A DNA stretch of 64,000 nt from Callorhinchus milii (Eukaryota), in contig NW_024704743.1 in assembly GCF_018977255.1 (NCBI RefSeq), positions 31,870,001 through 31,934,000 of the forward strand, written 5' to 3'. The position numbers were made by a program, and so were the translations under genes. Within the stretch, counting starts at the first letter, position 1. Every line of letters begins with the position of its first letter. Below the pieces are notes generated by a model, which saw only the letters and a list, made by a program, of their open reading frames with translations, ran no database searches and had not been told where the DNA came from. Below, piece after piece: positions 10,920-23,427 of the stretch.

Positions 10920-11515
10920 TCTGAGACCTGGGTTTGATTCCAGGCAGGGTGAAAAGTTTCCTTACTCCACACATCTCCGTTTATCTAACAGTAAGTAGGA
11001 ACCTGGTTGTTAGTCGATTGGTGGATTGCTTTTCCGGGGGCAATAATTCCCTAAAAAAAATTGGTCACTTTAATCCATGACTGTTTGTGGGATACTGCTG
11101 TGTGCAATTGGCTACAACAACAACAACAACAACAAGATTCCATTTATAGAGCGCCTTTCACGTCAGGAGGACGTCCCAAGGCGCTGCACAGTTGGGTCAT
11201 GACCCGAGCAGGGGGAAATGGTCAGGGTGAGGGGAGGGAAGGGAGGGAGAGAGGAGGGGGAAATGGTCAGGGTGAGGGGAGGGAAGGGAGGGAGCGAGGA
11301 GGAGGAAGAGAGTCGAGAGGGGAGCTGAAGGCACGGTCAAAGAGAAAGGTTTTGAGACCGGCCTTGAAGGAGGAAAGGGAGGAAGCAAGGCGAAGGCACT
11401 GGGGGATGGAGTTCCAGAGCCTGGCTACTGAGTTTCGCCCACAAAATATACAGTCAATTCACTTTGAAGACATGATAAGGCACAATATCAAATGTAAGAA
11501 TATTATTCTTATTAT
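10920..11515 (+). mobile_element. tRNA SINE (long subfamily) interrupted by an L2
   Basis: SINE body breaks at ...gtgcaattggcta (11114) and resumes at tggctactgagtttcgcccac (11422). Confidence 0.88.
11116..11421 (-). mobile_element. Young L2 3' fragment, in-frame C-terminus, two 3'UTR repeat units
   Basis: Reads LWNSIPQCLRLASSLSSFKAGLKTFLFDRAF; (ttg)n tail; 7-bp TSD tggctac at 11109-11115 and 11422-11428. Confidence 0.93.
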
Positions 11516-13029
11516 CTCCTCTGTTGAGGATCCTCGTCTGAAGTTTCAGTCTTTTTCACCCTGTGATTAGCAGAGGGTCTCCTTGTCGTTCTTGTGTGAT
11601 CTTCATGTCTTTAGCGGTTTCGTTCAATTTCCATGAGGTAATCCTTCCTTTACAGACTGTTTTAATTGGGGGCAAACTTTGCAAAGTTTTTATGTCGTCC
11701 ACCCTCAAGCCATGTCGGAGGCTGATTAAAACGGAATAAAAATCAGAGAGGAAAGGAATTCAGAGAAAGAAATTCTTATTTTATTTAAAAACTCTTTCCC
11801 ATTGATGTTTAAGTTAACATGGCATATCTTAAAAAACAAATTAATTTACCTCACACTGAGTTGCTGACACGACAATGATCTAGAAGGCTGGCTGCCTGCT
11901 GGGAAAAAGAGTTTAAGAGAAAGGAATTTTCACTTCATAGATTTTTAATCTTACTGCACACCATTTGATTTTGGAAGGCTTTATTCAATGCTGTTTTAAG
12001 ATTGTTTACTTCATTTACAACATAGTGTGAGTGCTCCAAGATCCTCGTTCTAACCTTTAATTTGTTCCACTGTCCCACCCCACCCTATCTCTAGGACTTC
12101 CTCCAATCTTAGAGTCCTGGCCCTCACTTTCCTCAGTAGGTATCGGCCTGCTTCATGTTCCCTGCATCCCCCACCCCACCATCACGGGCGGGGTTTCAGC
12201 CATTCTACCATCACTTCCAGAAACTCCATCCAGGAATTTCTTCAACTCAATCCCTCCTTCTCCTCTTTCACGGTATGTCGCAAAGCAAACTTCTTTGATC
12301 GTGCTTCCAGCCATTTTCTCCCTTCCCCACCTCTCTCAGCTCCACCCCCAGCTCAGGTGCCCAGCCAGTACTGTGAATGTGCTTGGAACGTCCTCCCAAC
12401 AAGAAAGGATTTATATAAATATAAAATGTATTGTATTAGCAATAATATTTAATTTACTAAGTAAAACTAGTCCAGTTGTGAGGATGGCGAAGCGTAAAGA
12501 CCAGTTTGGACTTCGGAAAGCTTCAGACTCTGGTTGCACATATTGTATAAAGTTAACACTTGTGACTTGTTAGCATTGTATTTGTAACGTTGTGATAATG
12601 ATATAAGGCGCCAGTGCACCTAACCCAGTAAGTGATCGCTCTCTCTATCACCGCCATCTTGGTTTATTGCAGGTGTCGGGGCCTGAGCATAGGGGAGGGG
12701 TGGTGGAGGGGTGAGGAAAGGCAGAAAGGTGAGTGTGTTTCATAAATTCTTTTGTAAGCAAATGCGTAAATATAAAGTGTTGTGTAAATTGTATTTAAGC
12801 TCAATTCCCATGTTTCCAAACAGCCAGTTGGACATGTTTCAAGGAAGCTGACACTTTCACAGATCACCCACATGAATCACTGTAGCTCTGAGAGGAGGAG
12901 AGAAACTACTACTAATAATCCTTGCATTTGGTATAGCGCCTATCAGGTCAGGAGGCCATCTCAAAATGATTTTACACTTTTTAACTGATTGGTAAATGTT
13001 GTGACTACCTATTTGTAGGCAAATGAGAC

Positions 13030-13468
13030 CAGAGGATCGAGTTCAAGGTCCTCGTCCTCACCTTTAAGGCCATCCATGGCCTTGCCCCTTACTACCTCTC
13101 TGACCTGCTGACTCCCTACCAACCTGCCCACTCCCTCCGTTCATTGGGCTCCGGTCTGCTCCATGTCTCCCGCCCGACCCGCCCTATCATCGGTGGCCGG
13201 GCTTTCAGCCTCTCTGCCCCCACATTCTGGAACTCCATCCCATGGTCCCTTCCCCTTGCTTCCTTCCTTGCATCCTTCAAGGCCGGTCTCAAGACCCTTT
13301 TCTTCGACCGTGCCTTTGGTCTCCCTCCCACCTCTCTGCCTTTCCTGACCCCTACACCACCCCTCCCCCATGATCGGGCCCCAACACCTGACTGTTCAGC
13401 GCTTTGGGACGTCCTCCCGACGTGAAAGGCGCTCTATAAATGTAATTTTGTTGTTGTTGTTGTTGTTG
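13030..13468 (+). mobile_element. L2 LINE 3' fragment
   Basis: ORF 13144-13425 includes GGRAFSLSAPTFWNSIP...FKAGLKTLFFDRAF; 3' stem-loop and (ttg)n tail. Confidence 0.93.
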
Positions 13469-13833
13469 TAGCTCAGTGGTTAGAGCACTCACCTCGCAAG
13501 CGAGAGGACCTGGGTTTGATTCCCGGACAGGGCGAACCGTTGGGCCAGTCTCCTTACTCCACACACCTCAGTTTACTTAGCAGTAAGTCGAAACCCGGTT
13601 GTTAGTCGATTGGTGGATTGCTTTTCCGAGGGTAATAAACCCTTCAAAAAATAATAATAATCTGGTAATTCAATTTACAACTGTTTGTGGGACACTGCTG
13701 TGCACAATTTGCTGCCGTGTTTTGCCCACAAAATATGCAGTCAATTCACTTTACAGTATATTCTGTGAAGCGCTTTGAGACATTGCAAAGATGTGTTAAG
13801 GCACTATATCAAATGCAAGTATTATTATTATAT
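13469..13833 (+). mobile_element. tRNA SINE, long subfamily
   Basis: A/B boxes, internal block gtttacttagcagtaagt...gttagtcgattggtggattgcttttcc, Deu-like body, (tta)n tail. Confidence 0.92.
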
Positions 13834-14799
13834 TAATGAATGCAGTAGCCAGTTTGCACACAGCAGTGTCCCACAAACAGCCATCAAGTATAAAAATTAC
13901 TTTAAATATCAGTACAGCCTGCTTACATAGAGTACATCAGTGGATTGATAATAGGTAACCCACATGCCCTGGACAATTCCTTTTCTTTGCATTTGCCTGG
14001 AACTGCATATATTAATTCTTCATGTATTATTTTACATCAGAATGAAAAATCATTTTTTTTCCTCACAAGCTTACTGGAAAACATTGTGTTTCTAAGTCAT
14101 AATAATTTACATCATAGCTAAGAAATACAGTATCGCATATCAGGATTTAATGTACTGAGAAAAAGGTCTTTGTGTTATCCAAGGTGCAAAGGAAGATCAG
14201 AACCCAAAGACTGTTACAGAATTAAGATCTACTGCTCTTGCTCTAGGCCATTTTAAATGAGGATAATAAATTGCTGTCTCTTTCTTTCCCGAGAATGCAT
14301 TCCATTACCTCTTGATGCAAATGTATTGTTTGACTGTAATGGTGTGGAAATTAAATGTTAGACAAGAACCAGATGTTCCAGTAGATGAGTATAAAGAATG
14401 TCTGTGTAGGAACTAGGTCTCCGAGGGATAAGATGCAGGATCTAAGTTTTTTTCACAAAAACTCTATGTGGGTCTTTGGCAGTAACAAATGTAGTGCATC
14501 AGCTATTAGGCCCCAAGGGAAACAGACCTGGCATAGCCTACATTCATACATTTGTTGTTCCAGATCTTCTGCATTAAAGCTCATCGATTTTACTGTATTT
14601 TTGTAAGATTTTTTTCTAAACAACACAAAATTACTCTATGACTTGATGATATTGACAATGTCAAATAGGACTTTAGTCAATTTCCGTTTATTGTAACAAT
14701 ATAAACGTAATGTATAGGAATGAAGGGAGAAACATCTCTCTGTGTTAGTCAACATAACCTCAGTGTAAGAAGTCATGGTGTAAAGAAGTTGAACAATAG

Positions 14800-15050
14800 T
14801 AATAATCTTTACATTTCACGTCTTTGAGATGTCTCAAAGTGCTTCACAGAATGTACTGTAAATTGACTGTATATTTTGTGGGAGAAACATGGCAGCCAAT
14901 TTCACACAGCAGTGACCCACAAACTGTCGTGGATTGAGTGACCAAATTATTATTTTTTTTAAAAATTCTTTTTTAAGGGATTATTACCCCCGGAAAAGTG
15001 ATCCGCCAATCGACTAACAACCAGGTTTCAGCTTACTGCCAGGTAAACAG
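14800..15050 (-). mobile_element. tRNA SINE, long subfamily, 5'-truncated
   Basis: Reverse complement of the 13570-13830 body. Confidence 0.85.
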
Positions 15051-15387
15051 ATGTAATATATTGTAAGGCACCAACAAGATGCATATTTCAGTAAAATTCA
15101 GTAAGAAGATTCACTAGCAGGTAGAAAGGCACCAAAAGATATTCAACATTGCCAGTTCCCACAAATTTAAGCAACAATGCTACAATTTGGTAATTGAATG
15201 AAATAGCTGAATAGAAATATCTTTTTACTCTAAAAATATTCAAATGATACTCAATTGGGAATGAAATGTAGCAAGTTAATTCTCACTAACTGAAGCTCAC
15301 ACATGATGCATGATGTTTCTGCTTCCAAACTATTTTGAAGATCAAGAAAGGCTTTGAAAGAAGATAAATGATAATATGGTTAGTTTG

Positions 15388-16130
15388 GTCAGCCTGGCTT
15401 TATTGGTAGCACTCTCTCCTCTGATTCAGAAGGTTATAGCTTCAAGGTCCATGTTGGAACATAGACTGACAATACAGTTCTGGAGGAGCTGTATTGTTGG
15501 AGGTGCCATTCTTTGGATTGGTATATTAAACCCAAGGTCCCATCTACAAAGGTCGCATCGGAGCCCTGTAGCCCAGTGGTTAGAGCACTCGCTTTGCAAG
15601 TGAGACACCTGAGTTCAATTCCCGGCAGGGCGAAATCTTGGGCAAGTTTCCTTACTCCACACACCCAATAATAATCCCTCAAAAAAAAATTGATCATTTC
15701 AATCCATGGCTGTTTGTGGGACACTGCTGTGTGCAATTGGCTGCCGTGTTTCGCCCACAAATATACAGTCAATTCACTTTACAGTATATTCTGTGAAGCG
15801 CTTTAAGACATCTAGACGATGTGAAAAGTGCTATATCAAATGCAAGGATTATTATTATTATTATTATCATTATTACCTATTGAAGTGAGCATTAAAGATC
15901 ACATGGCATTATATAAAAAGAGATTAGGGTTTCTCGTAGTGTCCTGGCCAACAATTCTGCAGATAAAATTCAGCGTTCATGATTATTTGTGAACACTGAT
16001 GTGTGCAAATTGGCTGCTGCATTCACCTCCAAATACATAGGTCACTACATTTTATAGTAGCATTTTATGAAGCATTTTGATGATGTGATAAGGCGTTTTG
16101 ATAATGTGATATTATACCAAATGCAAATAC
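15388..16130 (+). mobile_element. Old SacSINE1/DeuSINE-like element split by a young SINE (15563-15875)
   Basis: Head gtcagcctggct...ggtagcactctc; body ttgttggaggtgccatt...; resumes after the young SINE with aaagatcacatggcattat...gtgtcctggccaacaat. Confidence 0.8.
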
Positions 16131-17242
16131 GGAGATCATGTTAGTGTTTTTAAAAATGCGTACCATGTATGCACGGGTATCCAAAAAATGTGCATATCCT
16201 AAACGATCATGCCTAACACCGACCAATCAACCGTAAGATTTTATTTCGGTCCAACCCCCAAGATCTGTGAATCAGACAAAAATAACAGTGATACGAAGGA
16301 AACTTGCCTAACGTTTCGCCTTGCCTGGGAATCGAACCCAGGTCATCTCACGTATGAGACAAGTACTCTAACCAATAATAATAGTAATAAATCTTGCATT
16401 TCATATAGCGCCTTATCATGTCTTTATACTGTAAAGTGAATTGACTGTATATCTTGTGGACGAAACAAATACACTATAAGACTCCACAAACTAAGACTGA
16501 ATTGAAGAATTTTCCACAATTCTGTACAATCATAAAGTTTATGACAAATGGTCTTTGAGTGATTGAAGGCTAGATGGAATTTTGCGCCTTTTGAGATTGA
16601 AGTTGAAGTGCTCTTCCTATTTTATTTCCAGATGCTATTGCTATAAACCAGGTTTAAATATGGGAGCAAATATATCCTTCAGTGCAGTGCTCCATTACTG
16701 AATGCATGGCACAAAACTATATTCAGATTCAAGGGTAGATACTGCAATCCTCAAGACACTTTGGTGTGTGCTAACATTTTATTGCATGCTGACAAGTCCT
16801 GAGTATTCAGTGCAACATCAATAAAGCCTTATATCTATCTGCTGCACATTGTGCTTTGAATTGGCAATACAAACCACTAACAGTGCATTTCACATAATGA
16901 AACGAGCAGGCACGGCATGTTGTGCACAATACAATGGTGTGATGGACAGCCACCACTGCCATTATTTCCACACCACCTTTTATGGTCATGAAAGGATATG
17001 GAGATGAGCCAAACTTATTTGATGTAGAAAGGATGCTGAATACAACAATGAACCTTCGAACAGAGCAATGATTCTGAAGCTCACATATTGCGAATAATAA
17101 CCACTCGTACTTTAACCTCAGACATCATAACTAGTCCTCAGACTCATCATAGAAAAAATAAATGGCAGAGCAGCCAATGATTGAGATCATCCCTGAGTCA
17201 GAAAGTTGAAGGTTCAAGACCCATATTGGGGCTTTAGTCTAC

Positions 17243-17575
17243 CAACCCACCCGCTCCCTCCGCTCAGCCGGCTCCAGCCTGCTCCACGTCCCCCGACTCA
17301 CCTGCCCCACCATTGGCAGGAGAGCCTTCAGCCATTCTGCCCCAACCTCTGGAATTCCACCCCCCAATCACTCCACCTCGCCCCTCCTTAGCCTCCTTCA
17401 AGTCCCGCCTCAAAACCCTCCTCTTTGACCATGCCATCGGCCACACCCCTTCCCCTCCCCTCCCCTCCCTTCTCCCCCCCTGACCCCAGCTCAGGGCTGA
17501 AATACTGTACACTGTCCAGCACCTTGGGACGTCCTCCCGACATGAAAGGCGCTATACAAATGTAATCTTGTTGTT
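17243..17575 (+). mobile_element. L2 3' fragment inserted in an old DeuSINE-like element (~17190-17675)
   Basis: LWNSTPQSLHLAP and FKSRLKTLLFDHA motifs, stem-loop and ttgttg tail; host SINE sequence on both sides. Confidence 0.85.
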
Positions 17576-19298
17576 AGTCCAGGCTGTCACATCAACGCAG
17601 TGCACTGCATTGTTGGAGGTGCTGTCTTTCGCATGAGACGTTCAACCAAAGTCCCGCCTGTCTGTTCAGGTGTGTGTTAATGCAATATATCATCAAAAAT
17701 GTAGTTGTTTTCATCACCACTGGAATATGTCATTTTTTCAAATCTTTGACAGTTGTCACTTGCCTTTTTGACATTTTATATATACAAAATATATACACCT
17801 TCCAATTTCCAATATTTTCTGGCACACAAAATATCACTTTACAGTATATTCTGTGAAGCGCTTTGAGACGTCTAGAAGACTAGATAAGGTGCTGTATCAA
17901 ATGTAAGGATTATTATATTATTATTATTTTACCAGACTTCCACCATAGGCTTTTTTGATGTGCCCCTATTTATAACATTTTTGTATGGTCACTGCAATAA
18001 TACAAACCATACAACATATGCTCTGTGTTTCATGCACTTTGCTAATGGCATGGCACTTACACAACTTTCAGAGACATTTCTATGGAAAATATCTATTGCA
18101 GTATAAATGGGGACATTTAATGTATTCTTACACTGCTTCAGGACTTCTTAGATCTGTTTTGTGAATCTTGTTCTTCACTACTGTCCAATTAGAGCATCAG
18201 GTCAATCTTGAAAGAAGGAGAGCTGTTGTTCTGCCTGCTTCTGTCTCTTTTCTTTCAATAATTCTAGTTCCATGTATTTCACAGCTGTCGGGTGACTTAT
18301 TTTAGCACATTTTATGATATACACTTAGCTTAGTTATTAATTTGTTAAGTGCGAAATTCTTGCTTGACACTGAGGAGATGGGAACCCACTTCTGCCACAG
18401 ACTGATGGCTGTGGCACAGAGTAATTACTTATCCTGAGTCGAGAGAGCATAAGTCTGCCTGGCCAGGTGCTGAATAGGATGTAGATTCCACTCAGGAACA
18501 GCTAAGAATATCAAGTTCCCTCGATTCTTCATTAAAATCGCTCTCAAAAGTGCGCTTTGACAAACATCAGAAAGCCATTAATTTTTGTATTCATTTTTAT
18601 AGCATATTGAAACAACTCGGGGTGGTGTCTTCTAAAACTATATTAAAATATACAATTCTATTAATATGTAATTATTAAGTAAATGTAATTTTATACAGAA
18701 CTCTAACTGTAAATTTTAGTCAATTTACATCCCCAATTTAAAGGGTGTTTACAAAGCTACATTCAAAGTGTCAAAAATTACCTTCCAAGTTGGAAGCTAC
18801 TCAGTAATCAGCATTTATATTGTGATGGCTAAAATTATAATTCATTTCAAATGTGTATCTGACAATTATTTTTATATATGAGAGATTAATTTTGTATTTT
18901 CAGTGGCCAGGTCACAATTCTTCATATACTATGAAGATATAATTATATATAATTTTATTACATGTGTCTGTTGTTCATTGTTCAGAAAAACATTTCAATC
19001 ATCTCTGTTGAATTTTGTCAATTTCTTTAGATTAAACCTCTCCTCTGTCCATGGTGTACACAATGTATTTCTCCAGTCATTTCATATTCTCTTCCTTCAT
19101 TTCATCTTCCTTCTTTTTTAATATTCAGTTTAATTAACAAATCAATCATCCTTCACTTTCCTTTGTTCCTAGCAGACCACTACGGTGTCTATAATAAATA
19201 ATAATCCTTGCATTTGGTATAGTGCTTTATCACATCGCTGAAATGGCTCAAAGTGTTTGACAGGATTTACTGTAAAGTAGATGAATGTATAGTGGATA

Positions 19299-19607
19299 CG
19301 TGACACATTGTAATACAGAATCTACTATGGGCTGTGTAACACATATTTTAATGCAATATCTACTATAATGTGTGACACATTGTACTACAGTACCTACTCT
19401 GGTAGTCATGTGACAACTGTATCTATTATAGTAGGGACATGACACATGTATGTGTATTATAATGTGCAATATGTGAGTATTCATACATAATACAATTTCT
19501 ACTACAGAAGTTATGTGCCACATTGTAATGCAGTATCTACTATTGCAGTATATGGCACATTGTGATACAATATCTATGAGAGTGGGTATGTGACACTTTG
19601 TAATACC
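19299..19607. repeat. Degenerate minisatellite, ~35-37-bp unit
   Basis: gtgRcacattgtaatRcagtatctactat recurs about 7-8 times with divergence. Confidence 0.75.
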
Positions 19608-19629
19608 CATGTGGGGTTTGCAGTTGTTG

Positions 19630-20355
19630 ATTCTGCTGAATCTATCTGTGCACGAGTAAGAGCGGGAAGTGGAGGAGTCCAATGGCCCAATGTACCCTCC
19701 CCTGGAGACACAAAAGAGGGTTAATGGAGAGCAGGAGGCCGATCTCACACGCTGTACAGCAGTCTCCAGGCTGATGCTCAATTCCTCCAGTGTCATGTTG
19801 AGATGTTGCACATATTGAATCTGCTCCCTTACATCTCCCTCAAATTCTGAATAAAGCCTATTAACTGTTTATCGAATGCATCAAAATACAATGCTCTTGA
19901 CTCTTCCTCCAGTTACAATCCTGGGCATCGTCAGCCCATGTAAGTGCTGTTTCTTTGATCTTCACTGCCAACTGCTTTCCTCACCTCTATAGTGCTTTGT
20001 GTCGCATCAGGTGCTCTCACCTCAACTACCATGCTAGTCCCTTATCTGAGTGCTTTGCTGTGTGTCACGGTGCTGGACAGGTTGGCGTGTTCCGTGGTGT
20101 GGGGTGGGGACAGTATTGAACGAGAAGGAGATCTGAGAAAGACACATTAATGGTCATCTTGTTTGACCCCCAAACTTGTTAGAGTGGCTATTGGGCTGGA
20201 GGGAAGCCCTTCCCTCAGCCAACATCTCCATTGTTGATCTTGACTCATCAGGTGCTTGTGGATTCTTCTTCTCATCCCCTCCTGCTCAGGGTTGCTAAAG
20301 GTGCTGGTACTGTGTGGTGGCTGGGCTGGGTGGGCCTCACTGAATGGGTGGCTGC
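19630..20355 (-). pseudogene. Decayed coding-like segment, possibly a Harbinger/PIF Myb/SANT-associated ORF C-terminus
   Basis: Acceptor-like ttttttttcacaacttgtttgcag at ~20354, a Ser/Thr/Glu-rich stretch, then a heptad-like FDKQLIGFIQNL/(shift)/VREQIQYVQHLNMTLEELSISLETAVQRV; frameshifts and stops; no Myb domain visible. Confidence 0.3.
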
Positions 20356-22114
20356 AAACAAGTTGTGAAAAAAAAACAGGTTAGTGCAATTCTTGATGAA
20401 GATACCTTAGTAATGGGAATAATATGATGAATCAACTATTGTTACCTGCACCAGACTGAGACATGCCCACTTCTTCCCCTGGGATTCTTCAAGTCTCCTC
20501 CCCATTAACCAGGGGAAGATGTATTTTCTCAGTCTTGCTGAAAGCTCTCTCTGGGAGGGGTGGGGGTGGAGGTATATTTCTGCTGGACGTGTTGTCACTA
20601 ATCTTCATCTGAATAAATAAAATGAATAAATACGGTGGAGTAAATGTAAACATTACTGACAATCACGAGGTAAGATCCATGGGTCGAATGGCCTTCTCAA
20701 CCAAAGGAATGTGATCCATTTCAAATTAAACTTTTTGTACTTGGCGCTAAACATAATTGTAGGAGTTGCAATGAAAGACGGAAAGATTGGCAAGTATTTA
20801 TTAAATAGACAAAAAAATGTACCTTAAGGTTTTACATGGTCCTTTAAACTGTCAATTTTAATGCACTTTGAAAAAAAAACGTTAGGTCTTCGAAACTCAA
20901 TGGCCATTGCCCTTTTGAAAAGGACCAGAAACAATCTCTTCATTCAAGTTTCTCCAAAGCTCTGAAAACAATAAACAAGTACCCACGTGAAGGAACTGCG
21001 TGTGAAAGTATTGAGAGGTTCCCTTAGCAACCGCTACAGGATATCATGATACAAGTACAACAGCTGACAAGATTTGCTTTTCCATATGTAAAGCTATGTC
21101 CTAAATCCATGGTTTACACAGCGAATAAACTTTGGTCTTTCTTCTCCTTTTGTTTAAGATTTAATGGGCAATAGAAAAGTGTTGGAAGCAAAATACGCTT
21201 ATAATTCAGGATCCAAGCTGGGAGCATAGCTATTGGAGACAACTGTTCTCTCACAGTCCAGCCTTGAATAAACAATTACAGCTCTGTGTGAAATGCTCCT
21301 GATATTACTTCGTAACCAAATTCTAGCTGACAACTCTGGGTTTGCCATGGATACGTACTAATTCCAACTCTGCAGCCACCACCTTACTTACCAGACTAAG
21401 ATTCCTGTTCACTCGGCAGCAATTCTACCCTACTCAACCTGTTTCCTGTGCAACACTCAACTGTAATGATAATCCTTGCATTTGATGTAGCATATAGCGT
21501 CTTATGATGTCTTTGAGACATCTCACAGCGCTTCACAGAATATACTGTAAAGTGAATTGACTGTATATTTTGTGGAAGAAACACCATATATGCTTGGACA
21601 TGAAATGAGTATACCATATATGCTTGGGCATTACTGTCTATCTAGGTGGTCCTTTTCTACATGAATTAAAGTGTCATTTTCTTTTAGGACCTTTACCAAA
21701 CCTGGGCAGGATTTTTTGGAACTAATCCAAATAATCGGTTTGATGGAGATGAAGCATAGCTTTGCTCATTTAGAGCTCAGCAGTCTTGTAAAGTCAACCG
21801 TTGCACGAGTGAATGCAAACTGACCAGCAAACGTTGAGGCTGAATTTTCCATTGCCTGCATGAATAAACCTCATTTTCAATTTTCCCACTCGGACTTGGC
21901 TTACTCTGGAGCTGCTGCTCATGCTTGATATTGGGATTTGAATGCATAGACAAAAGGGTCTAATATGCTATGATTTCTAACCAGAATTCCTTACTTAGGC
22001 AATTCAAATTGCTGACACTCAGGAACTCTACTCTGATCCAACCTACTTTCAAAATATATAAACAAATAATAAAGTAATTTCTATATTAAATTCAGACTGG
22101 ATCAGCTTAAATCA

Positions 22115-23427
22115 TACCTTACATTTGACGTAGTGCCTTTCACGTCAGGAAGATGTCTCAAATTGCTTTACAGGATAAATCATAGTGTCGTGACTGTGTT
22201 TTTGTAGGCGAACATTGCAGCCAATTTGCATACAGCAATGTCTCACAAACAGCCATGAAGTCAATGATCAATTTATCTGGGGATTGTTAGCCAGGATACC
22301 AGGAGAAACTCCCAATTCTTTTTAGAATAGTCCCATGTGATCCTTAATTTCCAACTGAACAGTCATAAGGAGCCTAGGTTTAACATCTCATCCAAAGAAC
22401 GGCACCTCCAACAATGTAGCACACCCCTAGCACTACATTGGAATGTCAGCCTCTCGACACGTAGTAGCCAATCTTTATGGTTGGCGAACAAAATACATAT
22501 TCTTGACTGAATATTTCTTGATTTATGCCATAAATACTGGCCACCATTGTCCTAGGCTATATGAGTTCACAATTCCGACATGGAATTTGAACCCACAACC
22601 TTATATAATATAATAATAATAATCCTTGCATTTGATATAGCGCTTTACATGTCTTCGCGATGTCTCAAAGCGCTTCACAGAATAGACTGTAAAGTGAATT
22701 GACCGTATATTTGTGGGTGAAACATGGCAGCCAATTGCGCACAGCAGTGACCCACAAACAACAACAACAACAACAAGATTCCATTTATTGAGCGCCTTTC
22801 ACATCGGGAGGATGTCCCAAGGCGCTGTACAGTTGAGTCAGGACCCGAGCAAGGGGGAAATGGTCAGGGTGAGGGGAGGGAAGGGAGGGAGTGAGGAGGG
22901 GGTAGAGAGTACAGAGGGGAGCTGAAGGCTCGGTCAAAGAGAAAGGTCTTGAGACCGGCCTTGAAGGAGGAAAGGGAGGAGGCGGCGAAGGCACTGGGGG
23001 CTGGAGTTCCAGAGCCTCGGGGCTGAGAGGCTGAAGGCCCGGCCACCGATAGTAGGGCGGTTGGGGCGGGGGATGTGGAGCAGACCGGAGCCAGAGGAAC
23101 GGAGGGTACGGGCGGGTAGGTAGGGGGCTAGTAGGTCGGAGAGGTAGGAGGGAGCAAGGCCGTGAATGGCCTTGTAGGTGAGGGTGAGGATCTTGAATTC
23201 GAGGATTCCAAACAGTTGTGCATTGAAAATGACCAATTTATTATTGTTTTTTTTTGGAGGGATTATTATCAGGCGTGTGGAGTAAGGAAACTTGGCCAAG
23301 GTTTCACCCTGCCTGAATTGAACCCAGGTGACTCGCTTGCAAAGCGAGCGCTCTAACCACTGAGCTACAGGACTGCATAACCTTGTGACTCAGAGAAGAG
23401 AGCTCTATAAACCGAGCCAGGCTGACA
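22115..23427 (-). mobile_element. Old DeuSINE-like element hosting a MITE (22458-22549) and a young SINE (22603-23378), which in turn hosts an L2 (22761-23208)
   Basis: Host pieces 22115-22457, 22550-22602 and 23379-23427 join up; TSD aacctt at 22597-22602 and 23379-23384; TSD caaaca at 22755-22760 and 23209-23214. Confidence 0.85.
22761..23208 (-). mobile_element. Young L2 3' fragment, frameshifted C-terminus variant, one 3'UTR repeat unit
   Basis: EFKILTLTYKAIHGLAPSYLSDLL...LWNSSPQCLRRLLPFLLQGRSQDLSL*; (ttg)n tail. Confidence 0.95.

Noticed and set aside
19299..19607. CRISPR-like array
   Set aside because: Units are adjacent and degenerate with no unique spacers, there are no cas genes, and the context is vertebrate.
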